Source: Phoronis australis (Eukaryota > Animalia > Phoronida). From it: a DNA stretch of 64,000 bases. The notes below the pieces were generated by a model that was not told the origin of the DNA, searched no databases, and saw only the letters and a program-made list of their open reading frames with translations. This document shows positions 1 to 13,800 of this stretch, one piece after another. The stretch's first letter is position 1, and every line of letters starts with the position of its first letter. The stretch covers positions 558,001 to 622,000 of the forward strand of contig NMRA01000096.1 of NCBI GenBank assembly GCA_002633005.1, given 5' to 3'. Made by a program: the position numbers and the translations under genes.

Positions 1-2555
1 TGCAAGTTACCCTAGAAAATGTTACCTTACAACGGTAAGGTGAGGTAAGTGGGGCAAGTTGTCCTACAAGTAGTTTAAAGAACGTTCATTACTATCAGCC
101 ATGTCATGTCATGGTAATATTTGTGGAGTTCCGGAGCGACTCGTGCCATTTGGCCCAGATTTTCCGTAAACATTGTGAGCTGTTGGGTGACCAATTTGTA
201 CATGCAGGGAGTCAAGTTGGCCCAGCCATCTCCCCTGTTCCAGACTGTAAGCAGGTTGGCTGGAGTTGGCTTCAATTTCACTTAAATTTGTAAAAACGTT
301 CTTCACTACAATGCCTATGAATTGCTCACGAACATGCTGGCAGGCACAAATTTTCACCCAAATTTTACACCAAAAAACTTTGACAGTGGCACCCCTTCCT
401 ATAGCAATTCGACCATGTCTATCCTGGGCAATAACCTGAATGTGAACACTAAACAACTGGAGAATCAGATGACCAAAGTGTATGCGGAAACCATCTGCAT
501 CTTGGAAGCTGATGAATCCACTTGTTATCAAGGAAAACACCAATTTTACATTGTCGACAACACACAAATGTCAAGCACTATGACCATTCATTCAGAAACT
601 CTATGTACGGTAGACTTTAAACAATAAAATTTTTTGCAAAATTCAATCTTCCCAATGATCAGCTGGTTGCTCAGATAGTGTTGAATGTATTCCAAACAGT
701 AAAAGCGTTATTGTGACAACTAAACACTTGAGAGTGTGGGACGTTCAAAAATAGCATTTTATGTTTTGTTATGGTTCTTCCCAGGCTAGGTGCCAGCATT
801 GAAGATTGTGACTGTAGCTTTTGAAGTTATAATAAAGGGCTTGAGATGCGCAAGTAAATGCTTCAACATACGAGTGGAACAAGTCAATCCGAGTATAAAA
901 TTTAATTCATTCAAATCACTAGTAAAGGTGACAGGCACATCTTTGGTGTTTTTTTTTTTTGATTGCGACTTATTATGAGCCCGAATTCGGTAGTGCGAGT
1001 GCAGGTATGCTGTGACTGCTGTCACTCCCATTTGTGTCGAGCACCATCACCCCACCTTCTGTAAAAAGGACCATACATGTCCATGACTGAAACTGGTCTC
1101 AGTTTGTTCCTTATATTCAAATGAGAAGTGATTGGAAAAGCTGACAATCGTTACTATTGGAGACGATACTTGGCATGTAACTAACCCGTCATAAGCTTGG
1201 TCGAGAGCGATAACGAACTATCAGTTCTTCTCAAGCAATCATTTTCAATCTAAATAAAGAACAAGATCTCTATAGTGTTCCATGGTAAGGGAAACGGATG
1301 GAATTCGTGGCGTCGATTTCATTCTTATTTTTTTTTCTTAATTACCAAAAACTAAGAAAACAATTCATATTCTGTCCACAAAGTGATCGGTTATCATTTT
1401 GAGACATGTCCAATTGTTAGGTCATTCTTTCTGAAGGTGGCACTGATATTTTTCCGGTTTTAACAAACAATTAACATGGCATTCAGCAAGGTATCGGTAA
1501 AACGGAGTCACGTCACAATTCAGCTGAAAATGCAAGGCAATTCCCAGACCACTTGCAAGGCTGCTAACAATGAATCCCAAAACTTAGTAAAACACCCAGG
1601 TGCTATGACACTAAACAAGTGCAGGGTCAAATCGCACCAAGCATGATGTACTTTTCCAGAGGGAAAGAGAAAATTGAGCAACTTAAATGGTTTGTTATTA
1701 ATCTTGACCTCCAACTTAGAAACTTACAAGTAATGATAATGTAATTACAAAATACAATTGTGCATTGAGCATCCTGAACCTGGTATCTTATTAAAGTTAC
1801 AATTCTGCAAAATGTCCATTACCATGACAAAAGTTCTCCAGAGGGGTAAGATTGGCCAAGAGTTATGGGATAAGAGATTATATACTGCAGATTTTGCTTT
1901 TCCAGGAATACCTGATTATGCAATTTCACCGCATGACAAATTGAGTCAATCATGAAGAAAACAAATCTTTGCATACGAGAAGACAAGAGAGCATTTACAT
2001 GCAAGATAATTGGACAGATATTACATCATTTTCTCATAGCCTTGATAGGCCTTGACCCACTTTTAAAAAGGTCATATGCAGAGGCAATCTTTCACTGGTG
2101 CCGAATTGACGTGAAAAGCAAAACCACTGCTAATTACAATGACAAAGGGTAGCTAGGCAACATGTAGCCCCTCGGTTGGCTGGTTAGGAGCTACAATACT
2201 TCCCGTCAATTTTTCTACTAATTTCATCCCATGCATTTTAAACGGGCGGTGAGTGAAATCAGCTCACCAATTACGAGTTTTCACCTCGTCAAAAATACAT
2301 TCAACAATTAAAACTACCACTTCTGCTTCTGGACATATCTTCGATGAAGCATAGCTGTGAGAATTAAGGCGACTTAGGCAATGAATTCCAACTCCACTTT
2401 CTTATAAAAAATAATTGCAGGCGGTATGGCACATGTTGTACCAAACGTGCGCAGGCCGCGTATGTGGGCCCACTGCACTGACCACTTTCGTGATCACCTT
2501 TAACTTTTTCACCGCGCACGCGATAACCACAAAGCATTTTGACTGAGTCACGTCG

Positions 2556-2875
2556 GTTAGGCAAAGGCTAGTGTGAGACTGAGCGAAGCGCGTGGCCTGG
2601 CGCGTGACACTTGCAAAAAAGCATGGGAAGAAATCTGACGAAATTTGTAAGATTTGTGTACCTTGACTTTTTTTCGTCAACAAGCGTGATTTCATGCAAC
2701 TTCCTCAAAATGGTACCCAGTGAGAGAAACTCAAGTGAACCGCGACAGATTTTCATGGTCACGTTCAAGTTATGTTGACTTTATTGCATCCAGAGTCAAT
2801 TATAACTCCATGTGCATATGTGCATGTTTCACTCAATTCTATTTGCTGTATTTTGTTTGAAATTAGTAACTTTTT
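2556..2875 (-). repeat. Dispersed interspersed repeat (old TE fragment), inverted homolog of 53650-53982
   Basis: Reverse complement aligns by eye with 53740-53982 (e.g. catgaaaatctgtcgcggttcacttgagtttctctca vs catgaaaatctgttgcggttcacttgagtttctctca). Spurious ORFs in both copies share MKICxGSLEFLS. Confidence 0.75.
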
Positions 2876-3529
2876 AGAACTGGTATGTTCTATTGCCCTG
2901 TATGCCTGCAGCATTCAGGGCGATGTAATTGCCTGGGTATCCAGTTGATCAACAAGACCAGAAAGTGATAGCATGATTGACAGCCTTGTGAGACTTCTAC
3001 TAAAACAAAATACAGCCATAAAGAAGGAAGTAAAACTACCATATAAAAGATCGAGATAAGTTGAAATACATAAGTTACATGGTGAGCGAGGACGAGGTGC
3101 AATTTGCCAATTTGCTGTAATAGGTGGTTTCAGAAATGTAAAATTGGCATGTATGTGTATCACAAAAGACAGTGCTAGCTTGAGACGCAGAATCTGTTCC
3201 AGTTCCAATCCCCAGACTTATCAGAGAGAGCGACAATCAGCTGCTCAGTCTCAAACAGAGAATTGTGATAGTGATAGTGTCAGTGAACTGGCGTGTTCAC
3301 TCGTCAAGTGCAGTACAGATATGAGATCGAGATATAAACTATGTAGCGAGTTTAAACGTCCAGCTTTCCCATTTTCCAACTAAAGTACAATTTCAACCAA
3401 CGTATGAATCAACAAACTTTACCTGTGTATAATATTATCATCAAAGCATGCTGAAATAACGTCGTAGATATTAAAGATCCAAACAAACACAACAAATGAT
3501 ATCCCGAAACTAAAAGCCTCGTTTTGGGT

Positions 3530-4003
3530 TGATATGTCACGTGAGACGAGAGTATTTATAGAAAAATTGTAACTCAACAACTTTTAGAATTTTTGATTAA
3601 TTTTACAATTTATATTTATATTTTACTAAATTTTGATATATCTTTGATATTTTGTTTGTAATTTTCTCAATCTGTACGCTTATTGTTTGAGACACTGATG
3701 ACGTCAATGAGGCTATCTTGCCAGTGTTGCACTTGGCGAACTTTTGTAGCAGAAGACGTCTAGTCCGTGTTTGTGTCCGGAGTGTTGTGTACGTTTATTC
3801 AACGAAAATTAGGACTAAGTTTAAAGGCAAGTTGTTTTTGAACAATCGCGTAGATTACAAGTCTTACATGAAAATCTGTGGAATTCGGTTAGTATATTTT
3901 GACTGCATTTATTCTGCAACATGTAATAAAATACTGTTGAAAAAGTTTTGAACTCGTGCCCAGCTCTAGTGAGTAGTGTTATTGTTTCACAGCTTGGGTG
4001 AGT
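3530..4003 (+). promoter_or_regulatory. Probable promoter and non-coding first exon of the EF-hand gene
   Basis: Perfect CRE palindrome TGACGTCA at 3699-3706 and E-box GTCACGTGAG at ~3536-3545. Locally CpG-rich. Strong donor TGG|GTGAGT at ~3997 and a matching acceptor at 4811 just upstream of the ATG. Confidence 0.5.
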
Positions 4004-4851
4004 CAGGCCTTCGCTTATAGGCGTGGGCCCCTATTCATTTATCGAGTTACGTATTTGTGTTAAACATCTTTAAACTTGATGTATTTTATTGTATCTTTTT
4101 TAAAGACAAATGTTATCGGGCTACAAAAGCTTTGGTTTTTTTGGAATCTGCATTATTTTTTATTAAAAAACATAAAAACAAAGTGTATTATCACCCGAGT
4201 GTGAATTATGAGTCCAACCTATGTTATATTTTTAGCGACTGTTGAAATGTTCAAATGAATTTAAAATAAAGTTTTATCCATGTATCCAAACCTTAGATGC
4301 TTTTTAAATCAGATCTATACAGTGTATTTATAAGTAAGTTTAGAAGATTACCATTGGAGAGGGGAGGAAAAATGTCCACATATTTCCTAAAAGCAACAAT
4401 TTTAGGCTCTGTCTGTAGGGGTGCTCTGGCCGCCTGCCTCCCCCAAATCTGTCTAGGCCTATTTCAGTTTTTTTATCTGAGGTTACCTAGCAGAAACTAG
4501 TACTATTGATGTGATTTCGACAAGTATGATTTCATATGTCTGAGCTGGCAACACAACTCAAGCAAGTGTTTCTTACTTATACATACAAAGGTTCGAGTGT
4601 TGAATTCACAATGTCTGATATCTGGTTACTTCTGTCAAGTATTATCTAAGCACAGTTTAATATCATCTTGAGAGATGACGTAGATAAAATTATAGATTAC
4701 TTATCTTTTTATGGGATTGTCTAAGTTGAGTTTGACTTTCCTTGAGTCAGTTGTTGCTCAGTGTACTTGTTTCTTATGACCTGTACTTTTATTTTATTTA
4801 TGAACTTATAGCGTCTCATTGTGACTCAGCTCCCTACTGACCAGCTGAATC

Positions 4852-7800
4852 ATGACAGCAGCCAGTGAGAGTACTGAACCCAAGGATATGTCGCAGAGTT
4901 TTGATAGACATTTTCAAAATGAAGATTCAACAGATGTACCCGAGGTGAATGCAGCTGCACCTGAACAGAGTGAGAATAAAACTCCCGAGTTCATACAGTT
5001 CATCAAGGAGAGAGACACTTTACAGGCATCTTTAAAACAAAAGGAACTGGAACTTTATAACTCTCAAGGACGGAATTATGAACTTCTGAAGAAAATAGAT
5101 GTTCTCGAGGCTCAGGTATGTGAGTTTTGACGACAGCTGATGCTGTAGTCTCTGGACAAATCAGAAATGGTTGACCTGGTTCCATACAAGGAGTGGAATG
5201 TTTGGAAACTTTTTGTAGATTTGTTATTTTTAACAACACTAACTTGACTGGCTGGTGATAGTAGACTTGTCAGAAAGCTCTCCTTAGTGATGTACTGTTG
5301 TGACAACAGGTTCCCACCAGCATGGGCCTAACATCAATCAACTGCAGATTACTCTTTGTCCCCTCTGGACTGATTCATATGGTCTCTTTTGTGACTTCTC
5401 ACAATCCCACAGATAATGGGGGTTTTATGTAGGACAGTTTGGAGTGGTTAGAGATAATTCAAATGTTATTGCCTGAACTTGTGTGTTACAGTATGCACTA
5501 GAACTATAAGATTACTGACCACTCTGGAAATATGCAGGTGTGGACTTATTCTGTCCCACCAACATTTCTTAGTCCTGTTTGATGAAAATCTTTTTATTGC
5601 CATTCATTTCTTTGTAAGTCTGGTTGTTTTCCTGAAACGGGGAAATCGGGCTTTCTGCTCAGAATGTGAAAGGTGTGAATGTAGGCTACTAGTGTAAGTG
5701 AATGTGTTGAAGCCCCTCATGGAAAGCACTGCTAAGCGCTGAGGAAGTCATGGTTGTTACGAAAATAAAAATAAACAAAATTTTCAGATTTTGATGGAGA
5801 CTGGGAACTTGAGTTTTACTCGAAATGAAGTCTTAGCTTTTCAAAAGTAATTTGCAGAAATAATTGTTTCAGACCAGTTGTCTTTTCATAACTTATAAAT
5901 TATCATAAACATTGAAATAGTAAAAATGAAATAATAAAAATTGAAACAATAACATGCTGGCCACACGACTTGACTGCGAAGTCTTCAGCAGTTGGCTAAT
6001 TCTTCATTTCTCCATTGAGGTCATACACCACAAATTTTGGGTTATTGCAAGGCCTGGAAACTTAATTCACACCTGAGATTAGGTTTTATTTATAGGTATC
6101 AGTGCTTGAAGGCAAATTTTCTTGGCAGCTATTTATATATTTCAAATTACTTATTTGAGAAAAGACCTTGTGTTAGTAGCATATGTTAGATGTGCAAAAG
6201 ATTTGTGTATTTAATTATTGGGTTATGAGAAACATGTTTAAAGTTGTTGTTATGATAGTAAACTAAACTAAATGAGGCCTATTGGGATATAGTACTTTAA
6301 TCCCAGCTGCAGTAGGTTTCTATTGTGTGTGGACTGCAGGTCTGTGTATGTGTTACCCAACCTCTGCTATGTAGTGTTAGAAAGCTGATGAATCTGAAAT
6401 TATAACAATTTAAGTTTTTACTAAGACTTCTCATAGCTTTCAGTATGTTAGATCCTGGTAAAAATCAAATGACAAAAGATGGATCTGTTAGTGGGGTAAA
6501 GGAGTGGGGAAACCAGGATATAGTAGGTGTGGTTGATTAAATCAGTTCTTGGCCACAGTAAGATTGATTGGTTGATTAGTTTCTTAAAGATGTTTACATT
6601 AGACAAAGATGCATTTGTTCTATGTAGCTATGGAAAATAGCATTGAAATGTTTTGTTGAGCTTGGTTCTATGTTAAACTTGATTAAACACATTGGTCACA
6701 CTAGGTAGAGGAGAAAAAATTGGCATTTTGTACTTAGTTGACCATTTGGAAAATTTGTATTTCATTCATGGGAAACGTGCAATCTTATGATCCCAGTTGC
6801 AAGTTTTCGCCAATTTTAATGTTCATAAAAGTAAAGTCCGTAATTGTCTGTTAACCACTTAGGTAGCATTGGTTTCTGTCAATTATTGGTATTCATTAAA
6901 TTGAATACCTTATGAGGAAATCAAATGCACACTGACAGATACCATAGGTGGCTTCTTTTATTAGCACCTACATAGTTGGACACAAATTTAATCAAGTAAA
7001 AAGTTCCTGGAAGGTTTTTTATTATTTTTGATTTGTTTTGTTATATTTTACTTTAAAACAGTGCTTGTACTTTAAGTAAGCTAGTTTTGGTCAAAATATT
7101 AATCAAGGAAAAGAAAAGGATGGCATGGATGTCATACTTTATGGACTGCTCTAAAAAACTTTATAAGGAATTGTTTTTGAAAATTTCCACCTTTGCAACA
7201 GGGATAGGACTGTTACGAGAAAACTAAAAAAGCGGCTTAAAACGAAAAAAGTGAAATGATAAATTGAGAAAACTGTAACCACACTTTAGAGGTTTTATCT
7301 TGTACATTTATATTAAAAATAAATTGGTGATGTTATTGATACAGTTATTTAGCTATGGGTGTTCTTTTTGCTGCATTCTACTAAAAACGTCAATTTATAA
7401 CGGATTGGTATCGGGTGAAAAAGCAAATTCTATCGCCTTTCTACTTTCAGAAAGAAGTACTTTTACTGAGTTAATATCTATAGTTTGTAGGCATTTGGCT
7501 GATTACACAGACAAGTTGATAAGGTCCTACAAAACCTTACTAACTCACTTTGACTACGAGTGACTGTGTGAATATGTGACCTTTCTGGTTTATTAGTTAA
7601 CAGTTTTACTTTTCAAGAATGAACGTTTTTTAGTATTTTTGGGCGTTTTATTTTTAAGCCTGTATTTTTACCCTTTGGATCTTTTTATGCATTATTGGTG
7701 TTAAAAGTGTTTTAAAAGGACAATATCAGCAAGAAAAATGATTTTCTAAGATCAGCTTCAGCGCGGAATCAAATTTGGAAACCCGTGATAGTGATCACAG

Positions 7801-10800
7801 TCTAACGCTCTTTTGGCAAAGTTGGCAATGCTAAATCCACTCAATAAATGACTGCATTTTAAACATATCTAACTGGCAAAGTTTCCTGCCTTCATATCAG
7901 AAAATGTCAGACAGATAATGGCGAGAATTGACGACTTGCGATAAAATCTCAAAAACACAACAGATTTTGTAGTTTTATAGCTGTGTCAAAGCTAAAAACT
8001 TCAAATCTATCCCATCCAACAATATTCCCAAAACTGCATTTCCAGGTGTAAAACCGATAATGTCCTGTAAACACTGTGTTCTTGATTGTGAAACAAAAGC
8101 AGTCTTGATACATAGGCCAACACACTCTGTCAATGTCAATGGCTGTAGTTCCAAGATTAAATCCAAATTTATAAGTACATGTGTACTGTGGCCTTAGTTA
8201 ATAGACTTTATTTTTTTGTTAATTTACAGGTTAAAGATTTAAAGAAAGGCAGCGCAAAACCATCCACGCCAAAGACAGGGAGTCCTGTATTGCCTCACAA
8301 AGCATTAAGTCCTGTGAGTTGAAGACATTTGTGTGCTGTCATGCGTGTCCAAATTGTCAGCACTGCTAAGTAGTTACCTCAACCTTTTATAATTCACCCT
8401 TCAGCTTTGGCAAGACCATGCAATTAATTAGCAAAGTCTGTTCATGCTGGACCAAATACATTGTAATGCTTGATTTTTTTCTATCTGAAGTTTTTGTAAA
8501 GCAATAATTTTGAAAATTCTGATGACAGATAATTGTTGCATTTCATGTTTAAAAACGTAAGTGATGATCAGCTGCTTTCCTCATTCTTTGCTTGTTGTTT
8601 TGTTTTGAAAATCAGATTCTAAACTGGCACATTGTCATGGTGGCCAATACACAGAGGTTGGCTACATTCATATGCATCCTTGGTGCTATCTATCTTTTTT
8701 GTGTGCCCAGAAACCCACTAAATCATCCATGTCTTCTAGTCAGTTTGCATGCTTGGTTTAAAGTCCCATGCTTTGCCATGCTATAAACACTCCCACTAAA
8801 TGAGATCTTGTCAAACCCCACTGCTCAGGGAAAACTGTGGGGTTTGGCCGATTGAACTAGACCGTATTTATCCACCTTGGCTGTGTCACGGTGGCACTCA
8901 GCTCATGATCAAAGGGATCCTGCCTAGCTGCTCAATTCATTGAGTCAGGAGCGAGGATAATTGGCTTCGCTCATGCGTATACGATCAGCTGATTACAATC
9001 TAGCCTAGATGACCGTACTTTTTACGGAGAGCATTTTACATAGTTTTGAGTGTAATATTTGAAAAGAGGAGAGAAAAAATGTTGGTACAACTTTGAATTT
9101 TTCAAATTTGTCCAGAATAAGAGATTTAGCAAAACATCCAGCAACACTCACGATTACTTTCATTTGGCGCGCACGAGTACAAAAATATAGGACCCAAGTT
9201 ATTTAGATTTTGGAACACATGCATTGTAATATTCAAAATACGTTTATTATAACTCTTACAAGCTGTAAAATGACGTTTAATTTCATTGTGCTTATTCATT
9301 ATCATCCGTCAAATCGGAAATTTCCGAGATGTGATCTGCGGCGTGTGCGTATGTGTACAAAACATGTGATTGTTATGTTCCTGAAGTACGAACATTAAGA
9401 AAATTTTTTAGCATGCCGTTATTATTGACAGGGACACGATAAAACAAATTTGGATTTTGACCATAGTCTTGATACAGCGAGCGCTGGCTGACCACAGCGT
9501 CAGTGTCTCCGTTAGACCCAGAAATTTCACACATCTCGGGTAGTTCACCTCGTCCCCATCATGTAGATTGAGCTTAGGACTATTAATGTTTTACTCCACG
9601 GTAGAGCTAACGATCGTTGGCCTGTGCACACTGACAAAATTTGTGAGTTAACCGGCGCTCACCTTGCACGTTGCAGCTGTTTAAGTGAAAAACAATCTAA
9701 TAAACGCCATTTTCTTGCATAATCCTCGGCCTTTTGCAACAAAAAAGTCTGTCGTTGATGACCCGCACGCGCTCGCTCACTCACTCTCATACGCAGACGA
9801 ACTTCAAAACAAACGTCACGTGAAAACAACTGATGTGTGTTCATCCAGAGATTTTTCTTGTGTTGTGGGGTACGATGTAGCGCAGATTTGGACTTAATCG
9901 CAATTAATCTGGACTCCACATGAACTTAAAAAATTGTAAAACATAAGGAATATTTCAGGTAATTTTTTTAGTCGAAACTATATTTTTGTTCAAGAATTCA
10001 AGTTTTCCTATTGACGATCGTGATTCTGTGACGTATCAGTCGGCAAGTTTTCGCCCTGGGATTTCAGCACAATTTTTTGAAAAATGATTGTAATTTAACA
10101 ACGGAGTTTGATATCAATGCACCACAATTTTGTCGAAAGACTGTCATAGGCTACAAATACGTCACAGAGCGTGAATTTGATGAATCCTAACTTCCGATTT
10201 TACCCGTTTCGGAAACCGGGTTTCAACTGCCTTAGACTACAATAAGCGTCCCCTCCACGTGAAATGAATTTTTCTAAGCGTTTATCAGAGCCAATACGTC
10301 AGTATACAGCTTTCCACCAAGGTTAGGTGATGCTAGGACATTATTTTTTGTTGCATTATTTAACTGGTCTTGGCTAATTATCATTTTATGGCCTGGTTAT
10401 CCATTCAGCCAAAAGTAGTTCCATAGGTGGCTTATCAGCCAATTATTCATGCATGCTGACTCACAATAGAAGCCTGATAAGACTCAGGGCTCAACATTAA
10501 CTTTTGAAGCTACTTGCCCTTCGGGCAAGTAGTTGAAATTTTTACTTGCCCGAACAACGAATTCACTTGCCCCAAGTACAATACCAAATAGCACCGTGCA
10601 TGTGCACCCCTAGGTAATGTGTTACCGTAGGGCTGNATTTCAGCACAATTTTTTGAAAAATGATTGTAATTTAACAACGGAATTTGATATCAATGCACCA
10701 CAATTTTGTCGAAAGACTGTCATAGGCTACAAATACGTCACAGAGCGTGAATTTGATGAATCCTAGCTTCCGATTTTACCCGTTTCGGAAACCAGGTTTC

Positions 10801-13800
10801 AACTGCCTTAGACTACAATAAGCGTCCCCTCCACGTGAAATGAATTTTTCTAAGCGTTTATCAGAGCCAATACAGTATACAGCTTTCCACCAAGGTTAGG
10901 TGATGCTAGGACATTATTTTTTGTTGCATTATTTAACTGGTCTTGGCTAATCATCATTTTATGGCCTGGTTATCCATTCAGCCAAAAGTAGTTCCATAGG
11001 TGGCTTATCAGCCAATTATTCATGCATGCTGACTCACAATAGAAGCCTGATAAGAGTGAAGGTGGATAAATGCAGTGTTCCTACAGTTTTTTATGGTAGT
11101 GGATGTGGACTCATTGTCATTTTTGGTTGATGTGGTGGAACCCTTCAAGTCTTTTTAATACAATGAGCTTCATGCCAAAATTGTACAATGACACTTAGCT
11201 TACATCAAAATCTAGCTGCTACCTGATGGTTTGGTAATTGGCCCAATTATGTTGCGCACCCAGCAGATTTAGTGAGGAGCATTCTATGGCAACTTTAAAG
11301 AAACGTTCTAGATTGTAAAAGTCATATATTCCTTGCCCAATTTTCAAAAATTAAACCTAGTCAGTTGTACTTTTCACAAACTATTCAAATATGCTATTTA
11401 CAAACTTTCAAAACAAAAAAATCCAAATACTATTGTTTCCTCCAGTTTTTATGATGGGTCTGTTCTCTACTTTATATACACTACAACTATGTAGTATTGC
11501 TTGTAGTAGTAGTATTGTGTATTTATTATAGTGACTATTACTACTAAATACTTGTACTATCGCCACTACCTCTGCAACCACCACCACCACCATATGATAT
11601 GGGTCCCATTCCAGTGGCTAAGTACCCGCCTTACACTATGTTTCCCTGACTGCTTCCGACTGACCATGCTTACCACTTGCATTATAAATTTGGACAGGCC
11701 AAAAAGAAGCCAGCTGCGGCCAAGAAACAGGTGACTAAGCCTGGTAAGAAAAAAGGTGGCGATTCAAGCAAGAATGAGTACAACCACCCACCCATCTCTG
11801 GCAAAGAGGCTCTGAGTGAAGACAGCCAGGCTTACTATACGGTAAGCAACACCGTGGTGTCATCATTGCTTGCACGTCTTGACATCCAATTGATGAAAAT
11901 TTTTTGATAACCTTGTTTTGCTCACAAGGAGATATGATACTACTATAGTTATATTTGGTTACAATTAAACTGTCTGAAGCTGTGCGATGAAGTGGAGCGA
12001 GGTTTTTAAAACAATCCTCTAAATACATTTGGTTAAGGAGAAAATATCAAAAATTCATGCAATCTCAAAAGTTTGTAAATGATTGATGTATTTGTAGCAT
12101 GCTAGTTTTGCCTTAATGGACTGTTTATAGCAGCAAAAGATAACTTATCTAGTGTCCAAGCAAATGTTGTCTTAGTACTTATTATCACGTGTGCTTTCCA
12201 GGAAATAGCAGATTTATTCCCGCTTCTGCGCCTTTCGACATTTTTGGCTGTTGAGAAAAAGTTCAAAGAATCCGATGTAAATTGTGATGGGGTGAGTCAA
12301 GCAAGCTCTTTGAAGTATTAAAAAATTAGGAAGAGTTTCACTAAATGTGTTGTTACTTCTACACAGTACAGACTATGCTAGCTTTTCTTAATCTTTATTT
12401 TTGCGCAGAAAGTTATCAAAATAGAATTTCACTTGTTGGCCATACTGTGTGCTAAATAAGTGCAAAGACTCGTAGGTGATTTACTCCTGAATTAGTAGAT
12501 TGGCAGCAACTTATGCATTTAGTATAATCAAAATAAAGTAGTCACTGAGAGCTGACTCTATCTGGACAATGGCAGTTCTAGCGCTCGTCCCGCTGGAGTT
12601 CTTTTCCAAACTATGGTAATAAGTGACAAATGGCCTAAACCTTCTTATTCATGAGTTCATGGTGTTTGCGTCACATGTGAACTGTACGTTTGACATCAAA
12701 TGTTCGCATCATGTGTTTTTCCTAAATTCTACAAAAAATTAAGAAAAAATTCATACCAATATACATTCTTTAATGAAAATGCACTAAGAATTATTTTTTG
12801 CCATTTAAAGATGCTGCGGAAATCATTCTCAAACTGTTTGTACTAGGGATCGAGCTCAATAAGTTGGCCTTTGTGGCACCAAAATTATAAAACTGTCACC
12901 TGGATGCGGGTAGTAGACTGATTCACTTTGTAAACACTATTAGATGAAGATACTAGCTGATATAATTTGCTTCATAACAGCAGATGTGAACTCGGAAATA
13001 TTTTCCTCAAGAGCTTATCCTACTTCCGCATCCTCTCCTTTACAGACAATAGACGCCGAGGAATTGGAAATAATTCTCACCAACAACGTAGTCATGTATA
13101 CCAAGTCGGAATGTGCAAAGATTCTTAAGGATTTGGATCAGGATGGGACGGGGACTCTAGATTTTGTTGAAGTGCTCAAGGTGAGTTTCACAGAACAAGC
13201 ACAATCGTATGTATGCTTCTCTTAATTATTTTGTGGGTGTTACGAAAGATAGTGTAGTAATTAATATGGTGGTTCTTCCAACTTCGAACAAATGTAATTG
13301 CTAACTTGCCATGTTGTCAACATTGTTCAAGGGATGTTTGGTCATGAGTAACACAAACTTGTCACGAGTAAAGACAAAAAAAGTGATAAAAGAGGAACAA
13401 ATTTAGTTGTAATACCGTAAACTCGCGGGTTAACGCCCATGCCCAGGTAATCGCCCACCCCGACTTTTTGCCAAATTTCGCTGTTAGCACTCACTGTTCG
13501 GGTAATTACCCATCCCCCTCTTTGTGCAAAGCTTCTCAGGTAATCGCCCATCCCCAATTTACGGCTAACAGAACTTGAACTTGAACTTGAACTTGTGCTT
13601 TTTGTTTGCAACTTTGCCTCGGGCTTCGACTTCCGTGTTTGCATGAAACACAGCATGCTTGCGTGCGATAGTGCATTTATTAACTGGCATTTTTGGAATA
13701 ATTTAAGCGCTGCAACTACCATTTCTTAAACTTCTTAACTGGTCTTTTGTTAAATTAATATATGGGCCAATTCCGTAGATTTTTATAAAACTGATGCTTT

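Larger units (their letters stand above)
8861..11076. mobile_element. Possible composite non-autonomous element bounded by ~18-bp imperfect inverted repeats
   Basis: accgtatttatccacctt (8861-8878) vs aaggtggataaatgcagt (11059-11076), 2 mismatches. CpG-rich non-coding interior within an intron. No TSD identified. Confidence 0.35.

Noticed and set aside
505-560. CTGATGA...GAAA suggestive of a hammerhead ribozyme
   Set aside because: Stem II/III pairing and the cleavage triplet could not be formed convincingly.
75-627. Cluster of overlapping ORFs, one containing ILEADEST reminiscent of hAT transposase DE-S-T motifs
   Set aside because: Too short and degenerate, with no other transposase motifs or clear termini; at most a decayed TE.
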